Shown here: positions 9,142 to 16,824 of the stretch, piece by piece | Numbering within the stretch: position 1 is the first letter of the stretch | How the letters are laid out: the number at the start of each line of letters is the position of its first letter | Source of the DNA: Candidatus Taylorbacteria bacterium RIFCSPHIGHO2_01_FULL_51_15 | GTDB lineage: Bacteria; Patescibacteriota; Minisyncoccia; Phycocordibacterales; UBA10002 | NCBI GenBank assembly: GCA_001820935.1 | Contig: MHRI01000030.1 | Location: 2,734-66,733 of the forward strand | Reading direction: 5' to 3' | DNA: 64,000 bases | Translations under genes and position numbers: made by a program | Notes under the pieces: generated by a model | Told to the model about the DNA's origin: nothing | The model's input: the letters and a program-made list of their open reading frames with translations, nothing else | The model's database searches: none

Positions 9142-10659
9142 ATGCCCATTAGGCGGTGCCCCCGTCTTCTCTGTTCACGTGCCAGTTTACCTGCGTGCGT
9201 TGCGCCAATCTTTAATTTTTTGTTTCTTGTCGGGATCTTACTTTCAATTCCGCATCCGACGCTACTCCGCGCTGAGGTACAGAAATTTGTTTTTGTATCG
9301 CCTCCCCAGACTGTTCCCCCCGGCGCCGTATCGGAGAAGATAACGTTGCAGTCGCAGGACGGAGCCGGAAATGAGTTCAAGGTCTCCGGCACGACGTGCG
9401 TGGCGCTCTCTTCCACGCCTTCCGGAGGAGAGTTTTCTTCGAGTGACGCCAATTGGTCTTTAGTGTCGGTGCTTACCATGGCCAAGAATTCCGCGAACCG
9501 GAATTTCCATTACAAAAATCCCGCGGCCGGTACCTACACGATCAAGGCAACTGTAGCTCTAAGGCCGGAAGGCGAAGAACGCTCTTGCCCAAGTTGGCCG
9601 CTCGCGGAATGGTCCTCCGGCTTCGAAGCGACACAGAGCATCACGATCGGCGGAACTGTAGAGAATGCGTCGAGTACTCCACCATCTGGAAATGCGGCGG
9701 AAGAGGGGGGCAGTGAAGCGGCTCCTCCTTCGCCACCGGCCACGCAAGGCAGCAACACGGTGAGTTACAAACCGCAGATCTCTGTGAGCGCTCTTGTGCC
9801 CTCTAGGGGGATCGTTGGTGCCCCCGTGCTGTTTGACGCGACCGCGATCGGGCTGAAGAAAGAACCTCTCATGAGTGCCCGCTACACATGGAGCTTTGGC
9901 GATGGCGGCTTTGGCGAGGGAAAGAAGATAGTGCACACCTATCACTATCCAGCCGTCTATGTGGTTATGGTTGATGCCTCCTCCGGAGAGTGGAGCGCGT
10001 CAGACCGAAAAGAAATTGTGATTGCACAGCCGGAACTTCGTATCTCGACCGTAAAGGAAGGAGGCGACGGATTCATCGAACTCCGGAATGGCGGCGCGGA
10101 TGAGGTTGATCTCTCGAATTGGCAACTTCGAAGCGGCACGCGCACCTTCTCTATTCCGGAAGGAACACGCATCGGAGCGCAAAAGGCCGTTCCTTTCCCA
10201 GCCCTGATTACGAACATCTCGGCCGATTCCCGAAGTACCACGCTTCTTTATCCGAACGGAGATACAGTTACAAAGTACGAAGAAAGGCCGGCGGCGCCCC
10301 CACCGGCACCTGTCAAAAAGGCGGAGGAGCAAGCGACGCAGACGGGAGCGGCAAAAAAAGAAACGTTGCGTAAAGAGACGATACCTCCTTCGCCACCGGT
10401 TCCACCCGCTGATGAAGACGCTCGTTCTCTTCCGCCCGAGCTTTCTCCTACAGCTTCGAGCACACCCCTTTCACAGGTACGTGAGCTTATCGGAGCCGCA
10501 GGAGCAAGCCAAACCGTTGGCGCAATGCCGTGGCTGCTCGCGCTAGGACTTTTCCTCGCGGTCTCGATCGGCGGGTACATCATGATGCTTCGGCCGAAGA
10601 AAGAAGAAAGCGCGGCAGAGAAACTGCAGAAAGAAGCGGCGGAATTTGAAATTGAATAG
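9142..10659 (+). CDS. Surface protein with PKD and lamin-tail-like domains and C-terminal TM anchor
   Basis: Signal-like N-terminus; 'YTWSFGDG..HTYHYPAVYVV' (PKD); 'FIELRN..VDLSNWQL' (LTD); C-terminal TM; start uncertain. Confidence 0.75.
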   Translation: MPIRRCPRLLCSRASLPACVAPIFNFLFLVGILLSIPHPTLLRAEVQKFVFVSPPQTVPPGAVSEKITLQSQDGAGNEFKVSGTTCVALSSTPSGGEFSSSDANWSLVSVLTMAKNSANRNFHYKNPAAGTYTIKATVALRPEGEERSCPSWPLAEWSSGFEATQSITIGGTVENASSTPPSGNAAEEGGSEAAPPSPPATQGSNTVSYKPQISVSALVPSRGIVGAPVLFDATAIGLKKEPLMSARYTWSFGDGGFGEGKKIVHTYHYPAVYVVMVDASSGEWSASDRKEIVIAQPELRISTVKEGGDGFIELRNGGADEVDLSNWQLRSGTRTFSIPEGTRIGAQKAVPFPALITNISADSRSTTLLYPNGDTVTKYEERPAAPPPAPVKKAEEQATQTGAAKKETLRKETIPPSPPVPPADEDARSLPPELSPTASSTPLSQVRELIGAAGASQTVGAMPWLLALGLFLAVSIGGYIMMLRPKKEESAAEKLQKEAAEFEIE

Positions 10660-10713
10660 TAATTCATAGTCAGGAGTTTTTAAAACGCATCAAGCAGAGG
10701 TAAAAAAGATCCT

Positions 10714-10755
10714 GACTTTATAAGACCTTACGGACTTTATAGACTTTACAAACTT
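10714..10755. repeat. ~9-nt-period tandem repeat ending at the start codon of the first glycan gene
   Basis: gactttata-agaccttac-ggactttat-agactttac-aaactt then ATG. Confidence 0.6.
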
Positions 10756-11979
10756 ATGAAGGTTTTAATTTTCAGCACCGCCTATCTGCCGTTTGTTGGC
10801 GGAGCGGAGCTTGCGATCAAAGAAATCACCGACCGCCTTGGTTCTCCTTTCCCCCTCTTTAGAGGGGGGATTCTGGGGGGTGCTTCCTTCGACCTCATCA
10901 CACTTAATCTTGATGGAAAACAAAAACCGGAGGAGCGAATCGGGAATGTGAACGTTATCCGCCTATCGTGCTCCAAACTCTTCTTTCCTATTCTTGCGCG
11001 CGAACGCGCCACAAAACTTCACTCCCGGAGATCATATACTCACGTCTGGTCAATCATGGCGTCCTATGGAGGTTTTGCGGGTCTCTTTTTCAAACGGCGG
11101 TTTCGGGGTGTCCCCTTTATTTTAACCCTTCAAGAAGGCGACTCTCTTTCTCATATTTACAGGCGAGCATTTCTTGCGTGGCCTCTTTTCAGACAGATCT
11201 TTACACGCGCCGATCGCATTACCGCGATTTCAAACTATTTGGCCGATTGGGCGAGAAAAATGGGAGCGAAGGGCGACATTCGTATCATATCGAATGGAGT
11301 GAATATAAAGAATTTCGAATTTCGAATTTCGAATATCGAAAAAGAAGAAATAAGAAAGAAATTAGGAATACAAAAGGAAGATAAAGTTGTGATTACGACA
11401 TCCAGACTCGTGGAGAAAAACGGAGTCGGCCACCTTATTGAATCTCTGCGGTATCTCCCGGAAAATGTGAAATTACTCATCCTCGGAACAGGCTCTCTTG
11501 AACCTGATTTAAAGCTAAAAGCTAAAAGCTATCAGCTAGAAGCTCGCGTGAAATTTGTCGGTTTCGTGCCGCACAATGAACTTCCACCCTTTCTTCATGC
11601 TGCCGATGTCTTCGTCCGACCGTCCCGTTCGGAAGGAATGGGGAGTTCATTTATAGAAGCTATGGCCGCCGGTCTTCCTGTCGTTGCGACACCGGTCGGC
11701 GGCATTCCGGACTTTCTCGCCGCGCCCCTTCCGGGCTCCGAAGAGGAAACGCATCTATTCTCTAATTCTCACGAATTAGAGAATAGATGGGGAGGGAATA
11801 TGACGGGGGTGTTTGTGAAAGTAGGGGATCCGAGAGATATCGCGGAAAAGATTAAATGCTTGTTGTCGAATGACGAACTCCGAAATAGGATCATCGCAAA
11901 CGCCTCGAAGATGGTGAAAGAAAAGTATGAGTGGGATGGGATTGTAGAGAGGATGAAAGAGGTATTTGACAAAATATAG
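10756..11979 (+). CDS. Glycosyltransferase family 4
   Basis: GGAE, SRLVEKNG and 'PSRSEGMGSSFIEAMAAGLPVVAT' motifs. Confidence 0.92.
   Translation: MKVLIFSTAYLPFVGGAELAIKEITDRLGSPFPLFRGGILGGASFDLITLNLDGKQKPEERIGNVNVIRLSCSKLFFPILARERATKLHSRRSYTHVWSIMASYGGFAGLFFKRRFRGVPFILTLQEGDSLSHIYRRAFLAWPLFRQIFTRADRITAISNYLADWARKMGAKGDIRIISNGVNIKNFEFRISNIEKEEIRKKLGIQKEDKVVITTSRLVEKNGVGHLIESLRYLPENVKLLILGTGSLEPDLKLKAKSYQLEARVKFVGFVPHNELPPFLHAADVFVRPSRSEGMGSSFIEAMAAGLPVVATPVGGIPDFLAAPLPGSEEETHLFSNSHELENRWGGNMTGVFVKVGDPRDIAEKIKCLLSNDELRNRIIANASKMVKEKYEWDGIVERMKEVFDKI
11310..11340. repeat. In-frame heptamer repeat (GAATTTC)3-GAATATC
   Basis: Encodes NFEFRISNIE within the GT4. Confidence 0.85.
11511..11544. repeat. 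In-frame heptamer repeat (AAAGCTA-type) x5
   Basis: aaagcta-aaagcta-aaagcta-tcagcta-gaagct, encoding KLKAKSYQLEA. Confidence 0.85.
11752..11789. repeat. Perfect 17-bp inverted repeat in-frame within the GT4
   Basis: catctattctctaattc-tcac-gaattagagaatagatg. Confidence 0.9.
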
Positions 11980-11993
11980 ACAGACTGTAGCAT
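11966..11993 (+). promoter_or_regulatory. Sigma70-type promoter of the proB leader
   Basis: TTGACA (11966-11971), 16-nt spacer, TAGCAT (11988-11993); the predicted TSS near 12000 coincides with an ATG. Confidence 0.55.
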
Positions 11994-11999
11994 AGCACT

Positions 12000-12050
12000 A
12001 TGCAGAAGCAGAACGTGATGAGTGTTGTACCGCCCACGGCCGCCCTTTGA
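12000..12050 (+). CDS. Putative leader peptide MQKQNVMSVVPPTAAL
   Basis: 16-codon ORF with tandem Pro codons CCG CCC; its 3' end overlaps a strand complementary to the downstream terminator. Confidence 0.5.
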   Translation: MQKQNVMSVVPPTAAL

Positions 12051-12085
12051 TCGGGTTGGTCCTTTCTTCGTAACTCTACACTTAG

Positions 12086-12114
12086 AAAACCGCCCCGATC
12101 ACGGGGGCGGTTTT
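12086..12114 (+). terminator. Attenuator-type intrinsic terminator upstream of proB
   Basis: aaaaccgcccc-gatcacg-ggggcggtttt. Confidence 0.8.
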
Positions 12115-12245
12115 ATGTTGCAAAGCAACATAAAACAATCAAAAGTTCGTGCTTGCTTTGTTGTCGGTTTGAGAAGAAATTCGCAAATCGACTTCAGAAC
12201 GAGTGTTCTGAATCCGTTCTTTTTGGCTCTTTTCCAACTGAATAT

Positions 12246-13010
12246 ATGTCTACACCACGAACCGTCGTCATCAAAGTTGGCACCGACGTCCTCAAGGACC
12301 TCTTCGCGTTCAGTCTCATCGCTCGCCAGATCGCAGAGCTCAAACGCACCGGGGTCGGTGCCATACTTGTTTCTTCAGGTGGCGTCATCGCGGGAAGTGA
12401 TTACCTCACTTTTATTGGAGGTGATCCCTATGCTTACCAGAAACGCGTGCTCGCGAGCATCGGCGCTCGGTCATTACTCAATCGTTGGGGGGAGGCCTTT
12501 GCCCTTGATCGTCTTGCCGTAGCCCAGTTTTATATCACGTACGGAAACCTGCGCTTTCGCGGGGAGAGGGAAAGCATCCGCTCTGCCTTACGCAAACTCG
12601 CATTCGATACTCTCGTTGTCCCGCTTGTGAATGAAAACGACATCGTCTCGGGAGTGGAGATCAGTAAGATGGCTCAGGGACTTGGCGACAATGATCGGCT
12701 CGCTCGCATTATCGCCAATCTTGTGCGAGCAACAGGCATTGCGTTCGTTACCGTGCGGGGTGGAGTCTATACTGCGAATCCCGATTCCGACGCTTCCGCA
12801 ACACTCCTTCCGTACATAGATGCGAGTCGGCAGTTTCGCGGAGGACGCCACAATGCGGGCACTTCTCGAAATGGCGTAGGAGGGATGGGGTCGAAAGTGC
12901 GCCAAGCATCCATTTGCGCTCGAAAGGGGATGGAAGCGGGAATTATTGGCCCTTCCGATATTATCCAGTTCTTTGATGGCAGGGGTGTGGGAACGAAGGT
13001 CGCCGTCTGA
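12246..13010 (+). CDS. proB: Glutamate 5-kinase, lacking the PUA domain
   Basis: VVIKVGT, LVSSGGV, VPLVNEND, GDNDRLA and GVGGMGSKV motifs; ATG 12246. Confidence 0.85.
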   Translation: MSTPRTVVIKVGTDVLKDLFAFSLIARQIAELKRTGVGAILVSSGGVIAGSDYLTFIGGDPYAYQKRVLASIGARSLLNRWGEAFALDRLAVAQFYITYGNLRFRGERESIRSALRKLAFDTLVVPLVNENDIVSGVEISKMAQGLGDNDRLARIIANLVRATGIAFVTVRGGVYTANPDSDASATLLPYIDASRQFRGGRHNAGTSRNGVGGMGSKVRQASICARKGMEAGIIGPSDIIQFFDGRGVGTKVAV

Positions 13011-13025
13011 TTCTTTCGACTCTGC

Positions 13026-13056
13026 GGGCCGTCCTAACGGACGGCCCTTTTATTTT
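13026..13056 (+). terminator. Intrinsic terminator of proB
   Basis: gggccgtcc-taac-ggacggccc-ttttatttt. Confidence 0.85.
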
Positions 13057-13066
13057 AGACACAACT

Positions 13067-13102
13067 TGTCTCAAATCTATTCATATGAACAGATTTGAGA
13101 CA
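13067..13102. repeat. Near-perfect 36-bp intergenic palindrome
   Basis: tgtctcaaatct-a-ttcatatgaa-c-agatttgagaca. Confidence 0.85.
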
Positions 13103-13171
13103 TGACATGGTCAGTATGATGGTCCGTATGGCTGCTAACAGACCGATACTTTTCTCTGTTATCATAGGACT

Positions 13172-14206
13172 ATGCGGATTTTGATAGCAACAGGCATTTA
13201 TCCACCTGACATTGGTGGACCGGCGCAATACGCGCTCGGGGTGGAAGAGGTGTGGCAAAAAGCGGGTCACGAGGTGAAGGTGCTTAGCTTTAGATTCGAG
13301 AGAAGACTTCCGACCGGGATTCGACATGTGTATTATTTTCTTCGCGTCCTTTTCTCGCTTCCCGGAGTGGATTTTGTGTTTTCGCCCGACACCTTCAGCG
13401 CCGCTCTTCCGGCTCTTCTCGCGAGTACACTTTTGGGAAAGAAACTCATCATTCGTACCGGCGGAGATTTCCTGTGGGAATGGTATGTGGAGCGGACGGG
13501 AGATCTCGTTCTCCTTAGAGATTTTTATTCGACACGACTCTTGAGGTTAAATAGAAAAGAGCGAATTATTTTTTCCTTGCTCCGATTTCTGTTTCGTCAC
13601 GCCGACGCTATCATCTTCAGCACTGCTTGGCAGAGAGATATTTTCACAAAACCGTACGGTCTCAACGCGGCGCGCTGTCACATTGTTGAAAATTACTACG
13701 GCCCAGAGGAACGAAAAGTGTATTCCAATGTTCCACAACACATTGGAATACACAAAAAAATCTTTGTCGGCGGGACGCGCCCGCTGAAGTGGAAAAATAT
13801 CCCTCGTGTTGAAGAAGCATTCAAAACGCTACAAAGTAAGGGGTTACCGGTTTCCCTGGCGCTCCAGATCGGAAGTCGAGGGCAGTTTCTACTCGATATC
13901 CAGTCGAGCTATGCCGTCATCATCGCTTCACTTGGAGATATTTCTCCGAACACTATTCTTGAGGCGATTCAGTTTGGAAAGCCTTTTATCCTCACTTTAG
14001 AAACCGGACTCTACCCGAAGCTCAAAGACATCGGCGTGTGGGTTGACCCAGAAGATGTGGGTGATATAGCCGCCAAGGTTGCGTGGCTTGCGGATGATCA
14101 AAACTATGAAGCGCAATGTAAAAAAATAGCGGCGTTTGCGTTTACGCACAGCTGGGAAGATATTGCCAATGAGATCTTAACTATCCATGCGAATCTTAAA
14201 TCTTAG
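13172..14206 (+). CDS. Glycosyltransferase family 4-like
   Basis: 'ILIATGIYPPDIGGPAQY'; 'SLGDISPNTILEAIQFGKP'. Confidence 0.85.
   Translation: MRILIATGIYPPDIGGPAQYALGVEEVWQKAGHEVKVLSFRFERRLPTGIRHVYYFLRVLFSLPGVDFVFSPDTFSAALPALLASTLLGKKLIIRTGGDFLWEWYVERTGDLVLLRDFYSTRLLRLNRKERIIFSLLRFLFRHADAIIFSTAWQRDIFTKPYGLNAARCHIVENYYGPEERKVYSNVPQHIGIHKKIFVGGTRPLKWKNIPRVEEAFKTLQSKGLPVSLALQIGSRGQFLLDIQSSYAVIIASLGDISPNTILEAIQFGKPFILTLETGLYPKLKDIGVWVDPEDVGDIAAKVAWLADDQNYEAQCKKIAAFAFTHSWEDIANEILTIHANLKS
13718..13753. repeat. Perfect 14-bp inverted repeat in-frame at the GT domain linker
   Basis: gtgtattccaatgt-N8-acattggaatacac, encoding VYSNVPQHIGIH. Confidence 0.85.
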
Positions 14207-15362
14207 TCTGGACAGGGAAATAATTGAAAAGGGTTCCGCCGTGCGACAGCGGCTCATTTTGCTTGCGGAGAAAGTTGGGGAAATAGTGGTGTTTGTTCCG
14301 GGAGAACGAGACGAGAAAGAAGAAGTCTCGACCCATCTTACCGTGTATTCGTTTGCCGGACCGAGAGTGGCGCAACTCTGGAAGATGTGGAAGAAGGGAA
14401 AGGAGCCCCTGTCTGGAAGTTCCTCCTTTCCTAAAGGAGGCGGCGAGTTTTCGAGCCGGAGGATTTTAAATCCCTCCTCCGACTCGGAAGTCGGAGTGCT
14501 CCCTTTAGGAAAGGGAGAATTAAGAGTATTCGAATTGATCACCGTGCAAGATCCGCATTTTCTCGGACTCTTTGGCGTCCTCCTCGCAAAGAAATATCGC
14601 GTGCCGCTTGAAGTACAAGTGCATGGGTTTGAAAAGTCTTCGGGTCTTCGGAAAAGACTTGCGAGGTTTGTATTGGAAAGGGCCGATACAGTCCGCGCTG
14701 TCAGCAATCGACTGAAAGAGCATCTTCACTCCATATTCCATATTCCATATTCCATACTCTATACTTTGCCAGTGTACGCGCAAACCGCCCCTCCACAAAA
14801 AGTAATCAAACGGAAAACGGTCCCGTATCCGTTCACCTTTCTTACCGTCGGGAGACTTGTTCCCGTAAAAAATATTGACCTACAGATTCGGGCGTTCGCG
14901 CGCTTGGTAAAGGAGGTACCGCACATCCGGCTTAGGATTGTAGGAGAAGGACCTCTCGCCGACAGTCTAAAGTCCAAGGTCGAAAGTCTAACGTTGGAGA
15001 AAAGCATCATCTTTGAGGGGTATAGGCGTGATCTCCGAAGATATTATGAAGAAGCGGATGCCTTTCTTCTCACGTCCGACTGCGAAGGGTGGGGGCGGGT
15101 CGTGCTTGAAGCCGCCGCGTATCGCCTCCCCATCATTATGACCGATGTCGGACTCGCGCGGGAAGTCATCAAGAATGAAGAAAGCGGATTCATCATTCCC
15201 GTCGGCGATGAGCGAGAGCTCATGCTCGCGATGAAGGAACTTCTTGATAAGCCACAGCTTCGGGAACGGCTTGGCGAGGGAGCCTTTCGAGCGTTCAAAG
15301 CGCTCCCAAGTAGAGAAGCATATATAGAGAAACAAGTTGAGGAGTGGAGGAGTTTGATATAA
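14187..15362 (+). CDS. Glycosyltransferase family 4 with a ~35-40-aa palindromic insertion
   Basis: VGRLVPVKN and 'TSDCEGWGRVVLEAAAYRLPII' motifs. Confidence 0.9.
   Translation: MRILNLSLDREIIEKGSAVRQRLILLAEKVGEIVVFVPGERDEKEEVSTHLTVYSFAGPRVAQLWKMWKKGKEPLSGSSSFPKGGGEFSSRRILNPSSDSEVGVLPLGKGELRVFELITVQDPHFLGLFGVLLAKKYRVPLEVQVHGFEKSSGLRKRLARFVLERADTVRAVSNRLKEHLHSIFHIPYSILYTLPVYAQTAPPQKVIKRKTVPYPFTFLTVGRLVPVKNIDLQIRAFARLVKEVPHIRLRIVGEGPLADSLKSKVESLTLEKSIIFEGYRRDLRRYYEEADAFLLTSDCEGWGRVVLEAAAYRLPIIMTDVGLAREVIKNEESGFIIPVGDERELMLAMKELLDKPQLRERLGEGAFRAFKALPSREAYIEKQVEEWRSLI
14422..14525. repeat. Multi-hairpin palindromic element in-frame; 3' half repeated at 3313-3368
   Basis: cctccttt-cct-aaaggagg; ggaggattt..aaatccctcc; ctccgact-cgga-agtcggag; ctcccttt-agg-aaagggag. 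Confidence 0.85.
14730..14757. repeat. In-frame heptamer repeat (TCCATAT)3-TCCATAC
   Basis: Encodes SIFHIPYSI. Confidence 0.85.
14962..14996. repeat. Degenerate in-frame heptamer repeat (AAAGTCN-type) x5
   Basis: acagtct-aaagtcc-aaggtcg-aaagtct-aacgttg, encoding SLKSKVESLTL. Confidence 0.65.
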
Positions 15363-15363
15363 G

Positions 15364-16335
15364 ATGAACGGCATTATGAAAAGAAAGCACGGGGGAATTA
15401 AATCCCCTTTCGCCACTCCCACCACCCCGCCTGGAAGACTCGGCACCCCTCCTCAGGCAGGAGGGGAGACTGACAAACCCCTTATCGGATTCATTGGGCA
15501 GGGGTTCATCGGGAAGCATTACGCCGATGACTTTGAGCGGCGCGGCTACAATGTAGTTCGGTACGCCCGCGGCCGGAAGTTTGCAGAGAATAAAAACAAA
15601 CTCAAGCTGTGCGATATTGTTTTTATTGCGGTTCCCACGCCCTCAACCCCAAAAGGGTTTGACTACTCCGTCGTGAAGTCAGTGCTTCCGCTTGTCGGAA
15701 AGGGAAAGATTGCCGTGATTAAATCCACAATTCTCCCCGGTACAACGGAAGCTCTGCAGAAATTCTATCCCGACATATATCTATTCCATTCACCTGAATT
15801 TCTGCGCGAAGCAACGGCCGCACATGATGCGGCACATCCCGACCGTAATATCATCGGCATGACTAAGGGGACGCCGGAGTATGCAGAGCGGGCGGAGCGT
15901 GTGCTTTCTGTGCTTCCGAAAGCGCCGTTTGAGCGCATTATGCACGTGCGAGATGCGGAGCTTGTGAAGTATGGAGGAAATTGTTTTTTGTACACAAAAG
16001 TGCTTTTTTCCAATCTTTTTTATGATGTTGCGAAACGGTGTGGACATGACTGGGAAGCAGTCAAGGAAGCAGTCGCCGCAGATCCACGTATCGGACCCTC
16101 TCATATGGAGCCGCTGCATACAAGTGGGCACGGGGGGAAGCCTGGGCGGGGCGCGGGAGGGCACTGCTTTATCAAGGATTTTGCCGCTTTCACGCGCCTC
16201 TACGCAAAAGTAGCGCATGATGCATCCGGACTTAGTCTACTTCGAGCACTTGAATCCCATAACAACAAACTCCTTTTGGGGAGTGGCAAAGACCTCGAAC
16301 TTCTTCTGGGAGTGTATGGCAAGAGAAGTCTGTAA
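15364..16335 (+). CDS. UDP-glucose/GDP-mannose dehydrogenase family protein (short form, no C-terminal domain)
   Basis: IGFIGQGFIG, FIAVPTP, IKSTILPGT, SPEFLRE and GAGGHCFIKD motifs; N-terminus contains a palindrome (cccctcct-caggc-aggagggg, 15446-15466). Confidence 0.85.
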   Translation: MNGIMKRKHGGIKSPFATPTTPPGRLGTPPQAGGETDKPLIGFIGQGFIGKHYADDFERRGYNVVRYARGRKFAENKNKLKLCDIVFIAVPTPSTPKGFDYSVVKSVLPLVGKGKIAVIKSTILPGTTEALQKFYPDIYLFHSPEFLREATAAHDAAHPDRNIIGMTKGTPEYAERAERVLSVLPKAPFERIMHVRDAELVKYGGNCFLYTKVLFSNLFYDVAKRCGHDWEAVKEAVAADPRIGPSHMEPLHTSGHGGKPGRGAGGHCFIKDFAAFTRLYAKVAHDASGLSLLRALESHNNKLLLGSGKDLELLLGVYGKRSL

Positions 16336-16338
16336 TCT

Positions 16339-16824
16339 ATGCTTCGTTCTTTGCAACAATGGGAAGAAACATTCGTCAGTTTCGCTGAAAAGCATGTTCC
16401 TTGGTGCGCACCTCACGCGCGCAAGTATCAGCGCCTGTTTCGATACCTCGCCTCGGGAGGCACCGCAGCCGCGGTTGACCTCCTGGCACTCTACATAGGC
16501 ACCGATCTTTTACACATTCACTACCTTATCTCGGCGGCACTCGCCTTCATCGTCGCATTCTTCGTGAGCTTCATGCTCCAGAAGTTCTGGACCTTTCAAG
16601 ACCACTCGATTGAAAGAGTGCGTCTGCAAATGACGCTGTATTTCCTCGTTGCGGGGGGGAACCTCGCTCTCAACACGCTTCTCATGTATTTTTTTGTCGA
16701 AAAACTGCATCTCTGGTACCTCCTCGCGCAGGTGGTTGCCTCCGGCCTTATCGCGTTTGAGAGTTTTTTCATCTCTCGGTATCTTTTTAGAGGCAACAAA
16801 GACACATCGGGCATCTTGCTATGA
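16339..16824 (+). CDS. GtrA-family membrane protein
   Basis: 'FRYLASGGTAAAVDL', 'SFMLQKFWTF'; four TM helices. Confidence 0.9.
   Translation: MLRSLQQWEETFVSFAEKHVPWCAPHARKYQRLFRYLASGGTAAAVDLLALYIGTDLLHIHYLISAALAFIVAFFVSFMLQKFWTFQDHSIERVRLQMTLYFLVAGGNLALNTLLMYFFVEKLHLWYLLAQVVASGLIAFESFFISRYLFRGNKDTSGILL

Noticed and set aside
12022-12522. 166-aa ORF overlapping the proB leader
   Set aside because: It runs through a strong terminator and overlaps proB out of frame; the short 12000-12050 uORF fits the promoter better.
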